Shown here piece by piece: positions 31,085 to 40,900 of a stretch of 64,000 bases of DNA. Below the pieces are notes generated by a model. It made no database searches and was not told where the DNA came from. It saw only the letters and a program-made list of their open reading frames with translations. Every line of letters begins with the position of its first letter. Position 1 is the stretch's first letter. A program made the position numbers and the translations under genes. This DNA comes from an uncultured Chloroflexia bacterium (GTDB taxonomy: Bacteria > Chloroflexota > Anaerolineae > CG2-30-64-16), in the NCBI GenBank assembly GCA_963810095.1, contig CAWEMM010000001.1, forward strand, positions 114,006 through 178,005, read 5' to 3'.

Positions 31085-31180
31085 AACACAAAGACACGAA
31101 GACACGAAGGCTTACAAGAGCAAGAAACCCGGTTTCTGCGTGGAAACCGGGTTTCTTCTGTGCCTTGGTGTCTTTGTGTT
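31085..31180. repeat. REP-like inverted repeat, copy 2 of the AACACAAAGACAC family, with a nested palindrome
   Basis: Arms AACACAAAGACAC/GTGTCTTTGTGTT; inner AAGAAACCCGGTTTC-TGCGTG-GAAACCGGGTTTCTT at 31122-31157; lies between convergent genes. Confidence 0.8.
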
Positions 31181-31193
31181 GAAGTGCTCCCGC

Positions 31194-33053
31194 TTACGCG
31201 GCGGCTTCGGCCGCGATGCTGCGGGCCTTCCTGTCCTTCTTGCGGTCGTCGGTGCCGAGGATACGCTTGCGCATGCGGATGCTCTTCGGCGTGATCTCGA
31301 CCAACTCGTCGTCCGTGATGTACTCCAGGCAGTCGTCCAGCGACATATTAATGGGCGTCTCGAGGTGCACCAACTCGTCCCCGGCCGACGACCGGTGGTT
31401 GGTCAGGTGCTTCTTCTTGGTCACGCTCAGCACCAGGTCCTCTTCGGTCGGCCGGCGACCCACAATCATGCCCTCATAAACATCCACGCCGCCGCTAATG
31501 AACAGCTTGCCGCGCTCCTGCGCGTTGAACAGCGCGTAGTTCGTGCTCACGCCATTCTCCCAAGCCACCAGCGAACCGGTCTGTCGCGACTTGATCGTGC
31601 CCATGTACGGCTCGTACCCGCAGAAGATGCTGTGGATGATGCCCATCCCGCGCGTCGCCGTCAGGAACGACTGGCGGAACCCGAGCAGGCCCCGGGTTGG
31701 CACGAGGAAGGTGTAGTACACGGTACCGGAGGAGCCGTTGGAGCCCTGGTGCATGTTCGTCATCTGCCCCTTGCGCGGGCCGAGCATTTCGACGACGACG
31801 CCGGAGTACGGTTCGGGCACCTCAATATGGACTTCCTCCATGGGCTCCAGCTTCTCGCCGGTGTCCGGATCGTCATGCATGATGACCTCCGGCGCGCTGA
31901 CCTGGAACTCGTACCCCTCGCGACGCATCGTCTCGATCAGGATGGCCAAGTGCAACTCGCCGCGGCCGCTGACCAGGAACGTGTCCGCCGCATCCGTCGG
32001 CTCGACGCGCAGCGCCACGTCGCGCTCCACCGCCCGCTCGAGCCGCTCCTTGATCTTGCGGCTGGTGACCCAGGTGCCTTCACGGCCCGAGAAGGGCGAG
32101 GTGTTAACGCCGAAGGTCATGCGAACCGTGGGCTCTTCGACGGTAATGGTCGGCAGGGGCCGGGGATCGGCGGCATCGGCAATCGTCTCTCCGATATTGA
32201 TGTCGGGGACGCCCGTCATCGCAATAATCTCGCCTGCCTCGGCCTCCTGGACCTCCACGCGCTCCAGCCCCTCATAGATGAAGAGCTGGGCAATCTTCTC
32301 CTGGTGGATCTCGCCTTCGCGGTCGATACGCGCAATCGCTTGCGCCTTGCGCAGCGTGCCCGCATAAAGCCGGCCCATGATGATCTTGCCCTTGTAGTCG
32401 TCGTACGACAGGTTCGTGACGAGCATCTGGGCCAGCGCATCAGGATCGACATCCGGCGCAGGCAACGAGTTGACGATCGCGTCAAAAAGCGGCTTCAGGC
32501 TGGGTTCCAGGTGGTCCGGATCGGTGCCGGCCTGGCCGGACGTGGCAATGGAGTATATGACGGGGAACTCGGCCTGTTCTTCCGTCGCGCCCAGGTTAAT
32601 GAACAAGTCAAACGCCTCGTCGACCGCCCAAGCCGGCCGCGCATGGTTGCGGTCGACCTTGTTGATCACGAGGATCGCGCGGCGCCCCAACTCGAGGGCC
32701 TTGCGGAGCACGAACCGGGTCTGGGGCATGACGCCCTCGGCCGCATCGACCAGCAGCAGCACGCCGTCGACCATGTTCAGGACCCGCTCGACCTCGCCGC
32801 CGAAATCGGCGTGGCCGGGCGTGTCCACAATGTTGATCTTGATCCCGCCGTAGCGCACCGCGGTGTTCTTAGCCAGGATGGTGATGCCGCGTTCGCGTTC
32901 CAGGTCGTTCGAGTCCATCACACGCTCGGGAACGTTCTGGTTGTCGCGGAAAACACGCGACTGCTTAAGCATGGCATCGACCAGCGTGGTCTTGCCGTGA
33001 TCGACGTGCGCGATGATGGCGATGTTGCGGATGTCTTCTCGTTTGACCTGCAT
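31194..33053 (-). CDS. typA: Translational GTPase TypA/BipA
   Basis: [60 protein letters not shown]. Confidence 0.97.
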   Translation of the reverse strand: MQVKREDIRNIAIIAHVDHGKTTLVDAMLKQSRVFRDNQNVPERVMDSNDLERERGITILAKNTAVRYGGIKINIVDTPGHADFGGEVERVLNMVDGVLLLVDAAEGVMPQTRFVLRKALELGRRAILVINKVDRNHARPAWAVDEAFDLFINLGATEEQAEFPVIYSIATSGQAGTDPDHLEPSLKPLFDAIVNSLPAPDVDPDALAQMLVTNLSYDDYKGKIIMGRLYAGTLRKAQAIARIDREGEIHQEKIAQLFIYEGLERVEVQEAEAGEIIAMTGVPDINIGETIADAADPRPLPTITVEEPTVRMTFGVNTSPFSGREGTWVTSRKIKERLERAVERDVALRVEPTDAADTFLVSGRGELHLAILIETMRREGYEFQVSAPEVIMHDDPDTGEKLEPMEEVHIEVPEPYSGVVVEMLGPRKGQMTNMHQGSNGSSGTVYYTFLVPTRGLLGFRQSFLTATRGMGIIHSIFCGYEPYMGTIKSRQTGSLVAWENGVSTNYALFNAQERGKLFISGGVDVYEGMIVGRRPTEEDLVLSVTKKKHLTNHRSSAGDELVHLETPINMSLDDCLEYITDDELVEITPKSIRMRKRILGTDDRKKDRKARSIAAEAAA

Positions 33054-33173
33054 GCTTCACCTGTTTCCGGTTCCGGGCAGCGCGCCCATTGGGCGTTAAT
33101 CCAAAAACGCCGGAAGCCCTCAGAAAGCTCCCGGCGTCTCTCGTAGACGCAACGCGCCACAAACAAGACGCTC

Positions 33174-33207
33174 AAAAAAAGTCAGCCCGCTTGGCGCTGC
33201 GGCTGAC
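33174..33207 (-). terminator. Terminator-like hairpin in the typA 5' leader
   Basis: Minus strand GTCAGCCGC-AGCGCCAA-GCGGGCTGAC followed by T7. Confidence 0.55.
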
Positions 33208-33221
33208 AATTCAGTAAGAGC

Positions 33222-33250
33222 ATTGTAGCTTAAATCCTGTGAGAAATCAA
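33222..33250 (-). promoter_or_regulatory. Sigma70-like promoter upstream of typA
   Basis: Minus strand TTGATT-17 nt-TACAAT. Confidence 0.55.
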
Positions 33251-33328
33251 ATTCGTGATATGCTTGTCCCGGAAACCGGGGCGCCATTCCGTGGCGCACG
33301 CATAAATTTGGATCGAGGGAGGAAGCGC

Positions 33329-33889
33329 ATGGGAAAACTGATCTATTCCATCACAATGTCGCTGGACGGTTACATCGAAGATGAGAGCGGTAAGTTCGAT
33401 TGGTATACGCCGGACGAAGAGGTACACCAGTACATCAACGACCAGCAGCGGGAAATCGGCACGTATCTCTTCGGCCGCCGAATGTACGAGACGATGGCCG
33501 TCTGGGACACGGACCCGGCGCTCGCTGCAGGCTCGCCGGTCACGGCCGACTATGCGCAGATCTGGCGGGGCATCGACAAGATCGTCTACTCGAGCACGTT
33601 GGAGTCGGCGGTCACGCCCAGGACGCGGATCGAGCGGCAGTTTGACCCTGAGGCGGTTCGCCGGCTCGTCGAGTCATCGGAGCGCACGGTCGAGGTAGGT
33701 GGGCCGGAGCTGGCGGCGCACGCATTCAGGGCCGGGTTGGTGGACGAAGTAGACTTGTACGTCGCGCCCGTTGCCCTCGGAGGGGGCAAGCCCTGCCTCC
33801 CGCGCGGCGTCTTCCTGAGTCTCGAGCTGATCGACGAACGCCGTTTCGCAGGCGGCGTGGTGTACCTGCGGTACCGGACGGCCGGCTAA
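33329..33889 (+). CDS. Dihydrofolate reductase-like (RibD C-terminal) protein
   Basis: MSLDGYIED, LFGRRMYE, VGGPELA, GLVDE..L...PV.LGGG; GGAGG RBS. Confidence 0.88.
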   Translation: MGKLIYSITMSLDGYIEDESGKFDWYTPDEEVHQYINDQQREIGTYLFGRRMYETMAVWDTDPALAAGSPVTADYAQIWRGIDKIVYSSTLESAVTPRTRIERQFDPEAVRRLVESSERTVEVGGPELAAHAFRAGLVDEVDLYVAPVALGGGKPCLPRGVFLSLELIDERRFAGGVVYLRYRTAG

Positions 33890-33898
33890 GTCGCTGAC

Positions 33899-34729
33899 CT
33901 ACAGCTTGCGCCCCTTGTTGACCATCAACCCGGGCTGGCAGGTGCGGCAGAAATAAGTCGTCGAGCGCTCGTAGGTGATCGTGCTGATCCGCCCGGCGCA
34001 GCGGGGGCACTCCGCGTCTTCCTTGCCGTGAATCGCGAGGAAGTCGCGGATCTCCACGTCGATACTGTCGCCCACGCGCTCGCGCAGCGTCTCGATCGCC
34101 CGCTGCAAGACCACACGCATGCACCGGTGCAGCCGGTCTACCTCCTCAGCACTGAGGGTCGCGCGGCGCCGCATCGGATAGATGGCCGCGCACCAGAGGA
34201 TTTCGTCGGCGTACGCGTTGCCGATGCCGGCCACGAACGCCTGGTTCGTGAGCACGCCCTTGATTTCGCCCTGGAACTTGCGCAGGCGGAGGCGAAAGGC
34301 TTCAAGCGTCAGTTCCGGGTCGTCCGCCTCGGGGCCCATGCCCGCCATCCCCGGCACCTGGTCTACATCGCTCGTTATGTAGACCTTCCCCATGTCCTTC
34401 GGATCGTGATAGCGCAGCTCCATGCCGTTGTCGAGCGCAAGCACCAGCCCGTCGCGCACCCGCTTCTTGCCCAGCGGTGCCGCGTAGCGGATGCGGCCGG
34501 CCAGCATGGCGTTCACGACGAGGGTTACGCCGTCGAGCGAAAGGAGCAAGAACTTGCCGCGGCGCGAGACGTCGACGAAGCGCCGGCCGACCAGCGCCGA
34601 AGCGAGGTCGCCGCCGAGCAGGTTGCGGACGATGAGCGGACGCGGGGACTCCGCGGAGCTAATGGTGGCGCCGGGAAGGCGCGACGCAAGATACTCGCGG
34701 ATAACTTCGAGATCGGGGAGTTCTGGCAT
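33899..34729 (-). CDS. Fpg/Nei family DNA glycosylase
   Basis: N-terminal PELPD, RRGKFL, H2TH GIGNAYADE, C-terminal zinc finger CPRC..CRTCQ. Confidence 0.9.
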   Translation of the reverse strand: MPELPDLEVIREYLASRLPGATISSAESPRPLIVRNLLGGDLASALVGRRFVDVSRRGKFLLLSLDGVTLVVNAMLAGRIRYAAPLGKKRVRDGLVLALDNGMELRYHDPKDMGKVYITSDVDQVPGMAGMGPEADDPELTLEAFRLRLRKFQGEIKGVLTNQAFVAGIGNAYADEILWCAAIYPMRRRATLSAEEVDRLHRCMRVVLQRAIETLRERVGDSIDVEIRDFLAIHGKEDAECPRCAGRISTITYERSTTYFCRTCQPGLMVNKGRKL

Positions 34730-34774
34730 AATAGTTGGCCTCGGGCATCATTCTACCATGGAACCCGCATGCGA

Positions 34775-34894
34775 GGGCGAGGCAAACGGAGTACCGCGCA
34801 ACCGACGGGCACGGGCGAGGCAAACCGGGTTCGCCTCGCCCTCGTGCAGGTCGGACAAAAAGGACGAGGCATGACCTGCGTGCCTTGCGCCTAC
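34775..34894. repeat. Degenerate REP cluster upstream of the RAYT gene
   Basis: Repeated GGGCGAGGCA, its complement GCCTCGCCC, and TGCCTTGCGCCTAC. Confidence 0.6.
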
Positions 34895-34905
34895 AGGAGA
34901 CCAGA

Positions 34906-35415
34906 ATGGGCCATGACCCGCAAGGCCATCACCGACAGTCAATCCGTCTGCCAGGATACGACTACCGGCAGGCGGGCTGGTATTTTGTGACTCTCGTGAC
35001 GGTGAGACGGGACTGCCTCTTCCTTCGCAATGATATGCGGGAGGCTGCGGAAGGACTGTTCGTCGCGCTTCCGGATCATTTCCCCCGCCTCAAAATCGAC
35101 GAGTGGGTCTTGATGCCGAACCAACTGCACGCGATCCTCGTGTTGACAGGCTCACCCGATCCGGAAGAGGTGTGCACGCCTTCGGGTGGGGTAAGTTCGG
35201 GTTCGCTCGGCGCAGTCATCGGCAACTACAAATCCGTCTCGACACGCCGGCTCAACCGGGTAATGGGAGGATTCGCGGGAAGGCAGATTTGGCAGCGGGG
35301 CTATTACGAACACATCATCCGGTCGGAGATCGAGCTCTCTGCGATACGGGAGTACATACGTCGAAACCCCGCCAACTGGGAGCTCGATGCGGAGTACAGC
35401 ACGCATGCTCTGTAG
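34906..35415 (+). mobile_element. REP-associated tyrosine transposase (RAYT, Y1/IS200-like)
   Basis: HRQSIRLPGYDY...YFVT, MPNQLH (HUH position), IIGNYKS-like VIGNYKS, WQRGYYEHIIR, YIRRNP..W; flanked by REPs. Confidence 0.88.
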
Positions 35416-35510
35416 GGGCGAGGCAAGCGTGCTTGCCTCGCCCGCCGTCTCGCACGCCCGCGAAAAGGGCGAGGCCTCCGTCATTGCGTGCGGGGATGCC
35501 TCGCCCCTAC
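35412..35510. repeat. GTAG-type REP doublet (REPIN-like)
   Basis: GTAGGGGCGAGGCA...TGCCTCGCCC...GGGCGAGGC...TGCCTCGCCCCTAC. Confidence 0.82.
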
Positions 35511-35550
35511 ATCACGGGGTCGCCGCGGCACGACGGCCCGCCGCCTACCG

Positions 35551-37009
35551 TTAGTTACAGCCCGGCGCGTAGCAGAGCTGCATTTCCTTGGCGGCCCGCA
35601 CCTCGTCCAGCCGCTTGACCGGTGCGCTATGCGGTGCGGTCTTCAGCAGCTCGGGCGTCTCGCGAGCCTCCTGCGCGATCTGGATCATCGCGTCGCAGAA
35701 CGCGTCGAGCGTCTCCTTGCTCTCCGTCTCGGTCGGCTCGATCATGATCGCTTCCGGAACGATGAGCGGGAAGTACACAGTCGGCGGGTGGAAGTCGTAG
35801 TCCATCAGCCGCTTCGCGATGTCCATCGTGTTGATCCCCGGCGCGCCCTCCAGCTTGCCCTGCGCGACGAACTCGTGCATGCACGTCCGGTCGCCGTGCG
35901 GGATCGGGTACACCCCTCGCAGCCGCGCCTGGATGTAGTTCGCGTTCAGCACCGCGTTCTCGCTGATGGCCCGGCAGCCCTTCCGCCCCGTGCATCCGGA
36001 TGTACGTGTACGCCCGGACGAGGACCCCGAAATTACCCCAGAACGCCTTGACCCGACCAATGCTCTTCTCGGGCATGCACCACTCGAAGGTGTCGTACTC
36101 GGTCTTGCCAACGATGGGGCCGGGCAGATAGTCGACCAGGTGCGCCGCGGCGCCTACCGCACCCGAACCCGGCCCACCGCCGCCATGCGGCGTCGAGAAG
36201 GTCTTGTGCAGGTTGTAGTGCATCACGTCGAACCCGACCTGGCCGGGCTTGGCGATGCCCAAGATCGCGTTGAAGTTAGCGCCGTCGCCGTAGCACAGGC
36301 CGCCCGCCTCGTGGACCAGGCGGATCACCTCTGTCACATGCTCGTCGAACAGGCCCAGCGTGTTCGGATTGGTCAGCATGAGGCCGACGAGATTGGGGCC
36401 ATGCTTGGCGATCAAGGCCTTGAGCGCGTCCAGGTCAACGTTGCCCTGCGCGTCCGAGGGCACCTCGACCACCTTCAGACCTGACATACTCGTCGTCGCG
36501 GGGTTCGTGCCGTGCGCGGAGTCGGGCACGAGGATCACGTCGCGCTGCGTCTCGCCCTTGTCGTACAGGTACTTGCGCATGATCAGCACGCCGGTCAGCT
36601 CGCCGTGCGCGCCGGCCGCGGGCTGGAGCGTGACCGCGGCGAAGCCGGCAATCTCGGCCAGCAGCGCCTGCAGGTTGTACATGAGCGCCATCGCGCCCTG
36701 CACCGTCTCAGGGTCCTGCAGCGGATGGAGCGCGGCGAAGCCGGCCATCCGGGCGGCATACTCGTTCACCTTCGGGTTGTACTTCATGGTACATGACCCG
36801 AGCGGGTAAAAACCGGTGTCGATCGAGTAATTCATCTGGCTGAGCCGGGTATAATGGCGCACCAGGTCGACCTCGGACACCTCGGGCAGCGGCAGTTCCC
36901 CGCGGAGCGCCTCTTGCGGCAGCGGTGATTCCGGGACGTCGACATCCGGCAGGTGGACGGCTTTGCGGCCCGCACGGCAGATTTCGTAAATCAGCGGCTC
37001 AGCCATCAC
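35551..37009 (-). CDS. gcvPB: Glycine dehydrogenase subunit 2 (frameshift near 35970)
   Basis: [50 protein letters not shown]; C-terminus [15 protein letters not shown] in ORF 35551..36111. Confidence 0.95.
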
Positions 37010-38415
37010 GCCACCTCCTCTATGTCGTCCAATTGGTCTTGTCCTTCCAGGTCTTCCTCGAAGGGGGACGCGATGTCGGCGAGGGCCTCGGCCAGCGCTT
37101 CGATCTCGGCCCGGCTGTTCATCTCGGTCACGCAGACGAGCATGTGGTCCTTCAACTCAGGGTAGTCTGCGCCCAGGTCGTAGCCGCCCAGGATGCCCCA
37201 CTCGTCCAGCAGCCGCTCGTTGATCTCGGCCACGGGCAGCGGGCACTGGACCACGAACTCCTTGAAGAACGGGCCGTCCGATTTAACCGCGTACTGGTCG
37301 AGCTTGTCGATCAAGCTGGCCGCATAGTGCGCCTTGTGGTACGACAACTCGGCGGCCTTCTTGAGCCCGTGCTTGCCCATCGCGGCCATGTAGACCCCGG
37401 CGGCGAGCGCGTTAAGCGCCTGGTTGGAGCAGATGTTGCTCGACGCCTTCTCACGACGGATGTGCTGCTCGCGGGTGCTGAGCGTGAGCACGTAACCCCG
37501 CTCGTCGTCCACGTCGACCGTCTGGCCGACGATGCGGCCGGCGGACTTGCGCACCTCATCCTTGTTCATCGAGAAGAAGCCGACGTAGGGGCCGCCGAAA
37601 CTGGGGGCGTTGCCCATCGGCTGCGCTTCGCCGCACGCCACGTCTGCGCCGTACTCGCCGGGTGGGGTGAAGAGCCCGAGGCTGATCGGATCGCAGGCGA
37701 CGATGAAGAGTGCGCCGGCAGCATGGACCTTGTCGGCCAGCGCCTGCATCTCGGACGGCAGGTAGAGCCGGCCCAGAAAGTCGGGGTTCTGGACGATGAC
37801 GCATGCAGCGTTCTTGTCCACCAAGCCGGCCAGGGCGTTCAAGTCGCCCAGCGGCGCGTTCTCGCCCACAGTGGAGATGCTCATGCCCTGGGTATAGGTG
37901 TGCACGACCTCCCGGTACTGTGGGTGCAGCGTCGGGCTGAGGATCACGTTGCAGCGCTTGTAGCGGCCGACCTGCAGCGCCATAATGACCGCCTCGGCCA
38001 CCGCAGTTGCACCGTCGTAGTGCGACACGTTCGAGACTTCCATGCCCGTAAGCGCGGTGATCATGGATTGGTACTCGAAGTGCGCCTGCAGTGTGCCCTG
38101 GCTGATTTCGGGCTGGTAGGGCGTGTATGCGGTGTAGAACTCGCCGCGCGAGATGATGCTGTCCACGACCTTGGGCACGAAATGGTTGTACGCACCCGCA
38201 CCGAGGAAGCACGCCAGGTGGTTGAGGTCATCGTTCTCGTCCGCCAGCGCCTGCAACTCCTGCAGCATCTCCATTTCGGTGAGCGCGGAGGGCAGGTCGA
38301 GTTTCGGGAAGCGGAACTCTTCCGGCACGTCGCGGAACAGGTCTGCCACCGTCTCGACGCCCACGACCTTCAGCATGGCGGCGCGGTCGGCGTCAGTATT
38401 CGGTATGTAATCCAT
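37006..38415 (-). CDS. gcvPA: Glycine dehydrogenase subunit 1
   Basis: [43 protein letters not shown]. Confidence 0.96.
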   Translation of the reverse strand: MDYIPNTDADRAAMLKVVGVETVADLFRDVPEEFRFPKLDLPSALTEMEMLQELQALADENDDLNHLACFLGAGAYNHFVPKVVDSIISRGEFYTAYTPYQPEISQGTLQAHFEYQSMITALTGMEVSNVSHYDGATAVAEAVIMALQVGRYKRCNVILSPTLHPQYREVVHTYTQGMSISTVGENAPLGDLNALAGLVDKNAACVIVQNPDFLGRLYLPSEMQALADKVHAAGALFIVACDPISLGLFTPPGEYGADVACGEAQPMGNAPSFGGPYVGFFSMNKDEVRKSAGRIVGQTVDVDDERGYVLTLSTREQHIRREKASSNICSNQALNALAAGVYMAAMGKHGLKKAAELSYHKAHYAASLIDKLDQYAVKSDGPFFKEFVVQCPLPVAEINERLLDEWGILGGYDLGADYPELKDHMLVCVTEMNSRAEIEALAEALADIASPFEEDLEGQDQLDDIEEVA

Positions 38416-38822
38416 TAGTGTCCGCCTTTTTCTTCCTCTTCCTGCACAAAGGCCTCGTAGGCGGTCGCGTCCATCAGGCCGTCGAGTTGGCCCGCGTCGC
38501 TGGCAGTGATCTTAACCAGCCACGCCTTGCCGTAGGGGTCCTCGTTTACCCACTCGGGGTTGTCTTCGAGCTCGGTGTTGACCTCGGTAACCTCGCCCGT
38601 GATGGGGGCCAGCACGTCTTCGGCGGCCTTGACCGACTCGACCGTGCCCATGGCCTCGGCAGAATTAACCGTGTCGCCCACCTCGGGCAACTCGACATAG
38701 ACGACGTCCGAGAGCAGATGCTGAGCGTAGTCGGACACGCCGATCACAGCAACGTCGCCCTCCACACGCACCCACTCGTGCGTCTTCGCGTACCGGGCCT
38801 TGGCGTCGAACTTGTAAGCCAT
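38415..38822 (-). CDS. gcvH: Glycine cleavage system H protein
   Basis: YAKTHEW, GVSDYAQ, VESVKAA (lipoyl Lys), VNEDPYG; AGGAGG RBS. Confidence 0.96.
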   Translation of the reverse strand: MAYKFDAKARYAKTHEWVRVEGDVAVIGVSDYAQHLLSDVVYVELPEVGDTVNSAEAMGTVESVKAAEDVLAPITGEVTEVNTELEDNPEWVNEDPYGKAWLVKITASDAGQLDGLMDATAYEAFVQEEEEKGGH

Positions 38823-38909
38823 GATGTCCTCCTGGTGGTGATGGATCGAACGAGCCGGCGTGCTGGTGCGAAACGGGAATGCGGCCGCACCGCAGCACGC
38901 GACAGATCT

Positions 38910-38959
38910 AAACAAAGAGACGGAAGCAACGGGCAAAGGACTGCCCGGCTTCCGTCTCT
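38910..38959 (-). terminator. Intrinsic terminator forming the riboswitch expression platform
   Basis: Minus strand AGAGACGGAAGC..CGGGCA..TGCCCG..GCTTCCGTCTCT then TTGTTT; its 5' arm overlaps P1 of aptamer 2, consistent with an ON switch. Confidence 0.75.
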
Positions 38960-39185
38960 GTCTGGTGACCTGAGAGATTGCCCACGTCGGCTTGCCCCGT
39001 CGGTGGTGGTTTCGCCGATCAGGCGAAACACGCTTTCCAGAGTGCTGTCCCAGTGCGATGTGGTGACCTGAGAGATTAACCCGCGCGGCCCGGCGACCTG
39101 GCAGGCGTGCCCCTTCGGTGGTAGTCGTCGTGGTAGTTGACCGGCGCGCCGGTCAACTACCACGACGCACGCTCTCTCGCCCTGT
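38955..39185 (-). ncRNA. Tandem glycine riboswitch
   Basis: Minus strand GAGAG..CACCGAAGGGGCA..AATCTCTCAGGT, then CTCTGGAAAG..CACCGACGGGGCAA..AATCTCTCAGGT..GACAGAG; upstream of gcvH. Confidence 0.93.
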
Positions 39186-39215
39186 TCTTCCAGCTTGTAT
39201 GCGTTTGGTGACGGA

Positions 39216-39244
39216 AGTCTATCACAGCGCGCGGGGTGTGTCAA
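39216..39244 (-). promoter_or_regulatory. Sigma70-like promoter of the gcv operon
   Basis: Minus strand TTGACA-17 nt-TAGACT with an extended TG, about 30 nt before the riboswitch. Confidence 0.7.
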
Positions 39245-39289
39245 CGAATTGAGCTATCCCACAGCAATTCCAAATGCAGGCGAGAAAGA

Positions 39290-39435
39290 GCATCCTGAGC
39301 GTGCGCCAGCGCAGCCGGCGTAACCGTCCCGCAGGGACGAGGCGCAGTCGAAGAATGCGGATTCTGGGGACCCGCTCCGGCGCCCTTCGGCTACGGGCCC
39401 TCCAAAAAGCGGGGCCCGAACTCCGCTCAGGGTGC
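39290..39435. repeat. REP/MITE-like structured element (CATCCTGAGC...GCTCAGGGTG type)
   Basis: Terminal IR GCATCCTGAGCG/CGCTCAGGGTGC and internal AGTCGAAG.../...CTTCGGCT arms. Confidence 0.6.
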
Positions 39436-39561
39436 CTGCGCTGACGTGTCCGGTTAGGATTCCTGGTGATCCATCTGCCTCGCACATGGCCCGGCGCGCA
39501 CATGTGGTATACTCTCAACTCGTTCTGGCTTCATACCCTCCTGCGAAAGGACCCCTCTCGT

Positions 39562-40245
39562 ATGCCATCGTGGATGCCCAACACGCCCGCCGAGCGGGCG
39601 ATGTGGCTGATTTTGTTGTTACTCGTCGCCGGCTTTCTCGGGGGCCAATGGCTGAATCGCCAGCAGGCCAAGCGCGCCGGCAAGTGGATCCAGGCCGGGC
39701 TCGGCTCGCTGGGGGGGCGCGTCGCATGGCACTGGTCGAAGAGCATCAGTGCGGGTGCGGAAGCCCTTGTCGAGGAAGCCCGCGCACCCTACCGTAACCT
39801 CGCCATCGCATACTACCTCCTCACGCGCGAGTTCGCACCGCTGTGGCTCTGGGAGCAGCTGCGCGGCAAGCGCGATTTGATCGCCGTGCGCGCCAACCTG
39901 CGGCTGGCCCCCGGGCGCGAGTTCGAGATCGTACCCCTCGCGGGCGCGCTGCGGAAGAAGCTGGATGAGGCCGCAGCCGCGCAGAAGGAGCCGGGCGACG
40001 CACCGGGCCTGCCCTTCCAGTGGCAGGAGTTGAGCAACGGGTTGGGGTTCGGGATGCGCGGGCCGGTCAATGAGGCTGCGTGCCAGAAGGCAAGCGACTT
40101 TCTGGCCACTTACGGCCCCTCGGTCGAACGCATCTCGCTGCGCAAGCGCAATCCCCACGTGCTGGCCTTCTTCCGTCTTGGTCCCGTCGAGGCACGTCCG
40201 AGCGCCGAGTTATGGAAAGCGCTCGGCGAGTTGGTGCGGGGTTAG
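39562..40245 (+). CDS. Hypothetical protein with an N-terminal TM anchor
   Basis: Long ORF with one hydrophobic helix; first of a co-directional cluster; start uncertain. Confidence 0.7.
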   Translation: MPSWMPNTPAERAMWLILLLLVAGFLGGQWLNRQQAKRAGKWIQAGLGSLGGRVAWHWSKSISAGAEALVEEARAPYRNLAIAYYLLTREFAPLWLWEQLRGKRDLIAVRANLRLAPGREFEIVPLAGALRKKLDEAAAAQKEPGDAPGLPFQWQELSNGLGFGMRGPVNEAACQKASDFLATYGPSVERISLRKRNPHVLAFFRLGPVEARPSAELWKALGELVRG

Positions 40246-40318
40246 GACGGGCCGCAGTGCTCAGAGTCCGGAAAACACCCGTTCACCGGGCCAAGTCCTG
40301 CAGTAAGGCGAGGGTGGC

Positions 40319-40882
40319 ATGACCCTGACCGGCATCGAAACCTGGCTCCGCATCGACTTAGACGAAATCTCCGCGATCCTGGGCAAGGTTCGTCCCGCCG
40401 AGGTCGACGCGCTCGGTGCGGCACTGCTGGCCGCGCGGCGCATCTTCGTCACAGGGCAGGGCCGGTCGGGTTGGATCATGCGCATGGCCGCGCTGCGCCT
40501 GATGCAGATCGGGCTGGCGGTGCACGTGGTAGGCGACGCGACGACCCCGGCGATTGAGCCCGGCGACCTGCTCCTGATCGCTTCGGGCAGCGGCGAGACG
40601 CCGAGCCCGCTCGCCGCCGCGGAGCGTGCGCACAGAGTGGGCGCGCGTGTCGCCCTGCTGACCGCCCGGCCTGCCTCCGCGCTGGGCGGGCTGGCAGATG
40701 TGCTCGTCCAGATTCCGGGCGAAACGACGAAGGTTCGGCTCGACGGCGAGACACGCTTGCCGCTTGCTGCTGCGCTGGAGCAAGCCACCCTGATCGTCCT
40801 CGACGTGCTGGTCGCCGCCCTGGCCGAGCGCCGCGGCCAGACGCAGGCGACGATGATGGCCCGGCACGCGAACCTGGAATAA
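40319..40882 (+). CDS. hxlB: SIS-domain 6-phospho-3-hexuloisomerase-like protein
   Basis: RIFVTGQGRSG, RLMQIG, TTPAI..GDLL...SGSGET, C-terminal RHANLE. Confidence 0.85.
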   Translation: MTLTGIETWLRIDLDEISAILGKVRPAEVDALGAALLAARRIFVTGQGRSGWIMRMAALRLMQIGLAVHVVGDATTPAIEPGDLLLIASGSGETPSPLAAAERAHRVGARVALLTARPASALGGLADVLVQIPGETTKVRLDGETRLPLAAALEQATLIVLDVLVAALAERRGQTQATMMARHANLE

Positions 40883-40900
40883 GGAGCGGGAGGGGGAGTC

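Noticed and set aside
31140-33146. 668-aa plus-strand ORF
   Set aside because: Antisense shadow of typA.
35940-36000. Programmed frameshift in gcvPB
   Set aside because: No slippery sequence seen; matches the window-wide indel error pattern.
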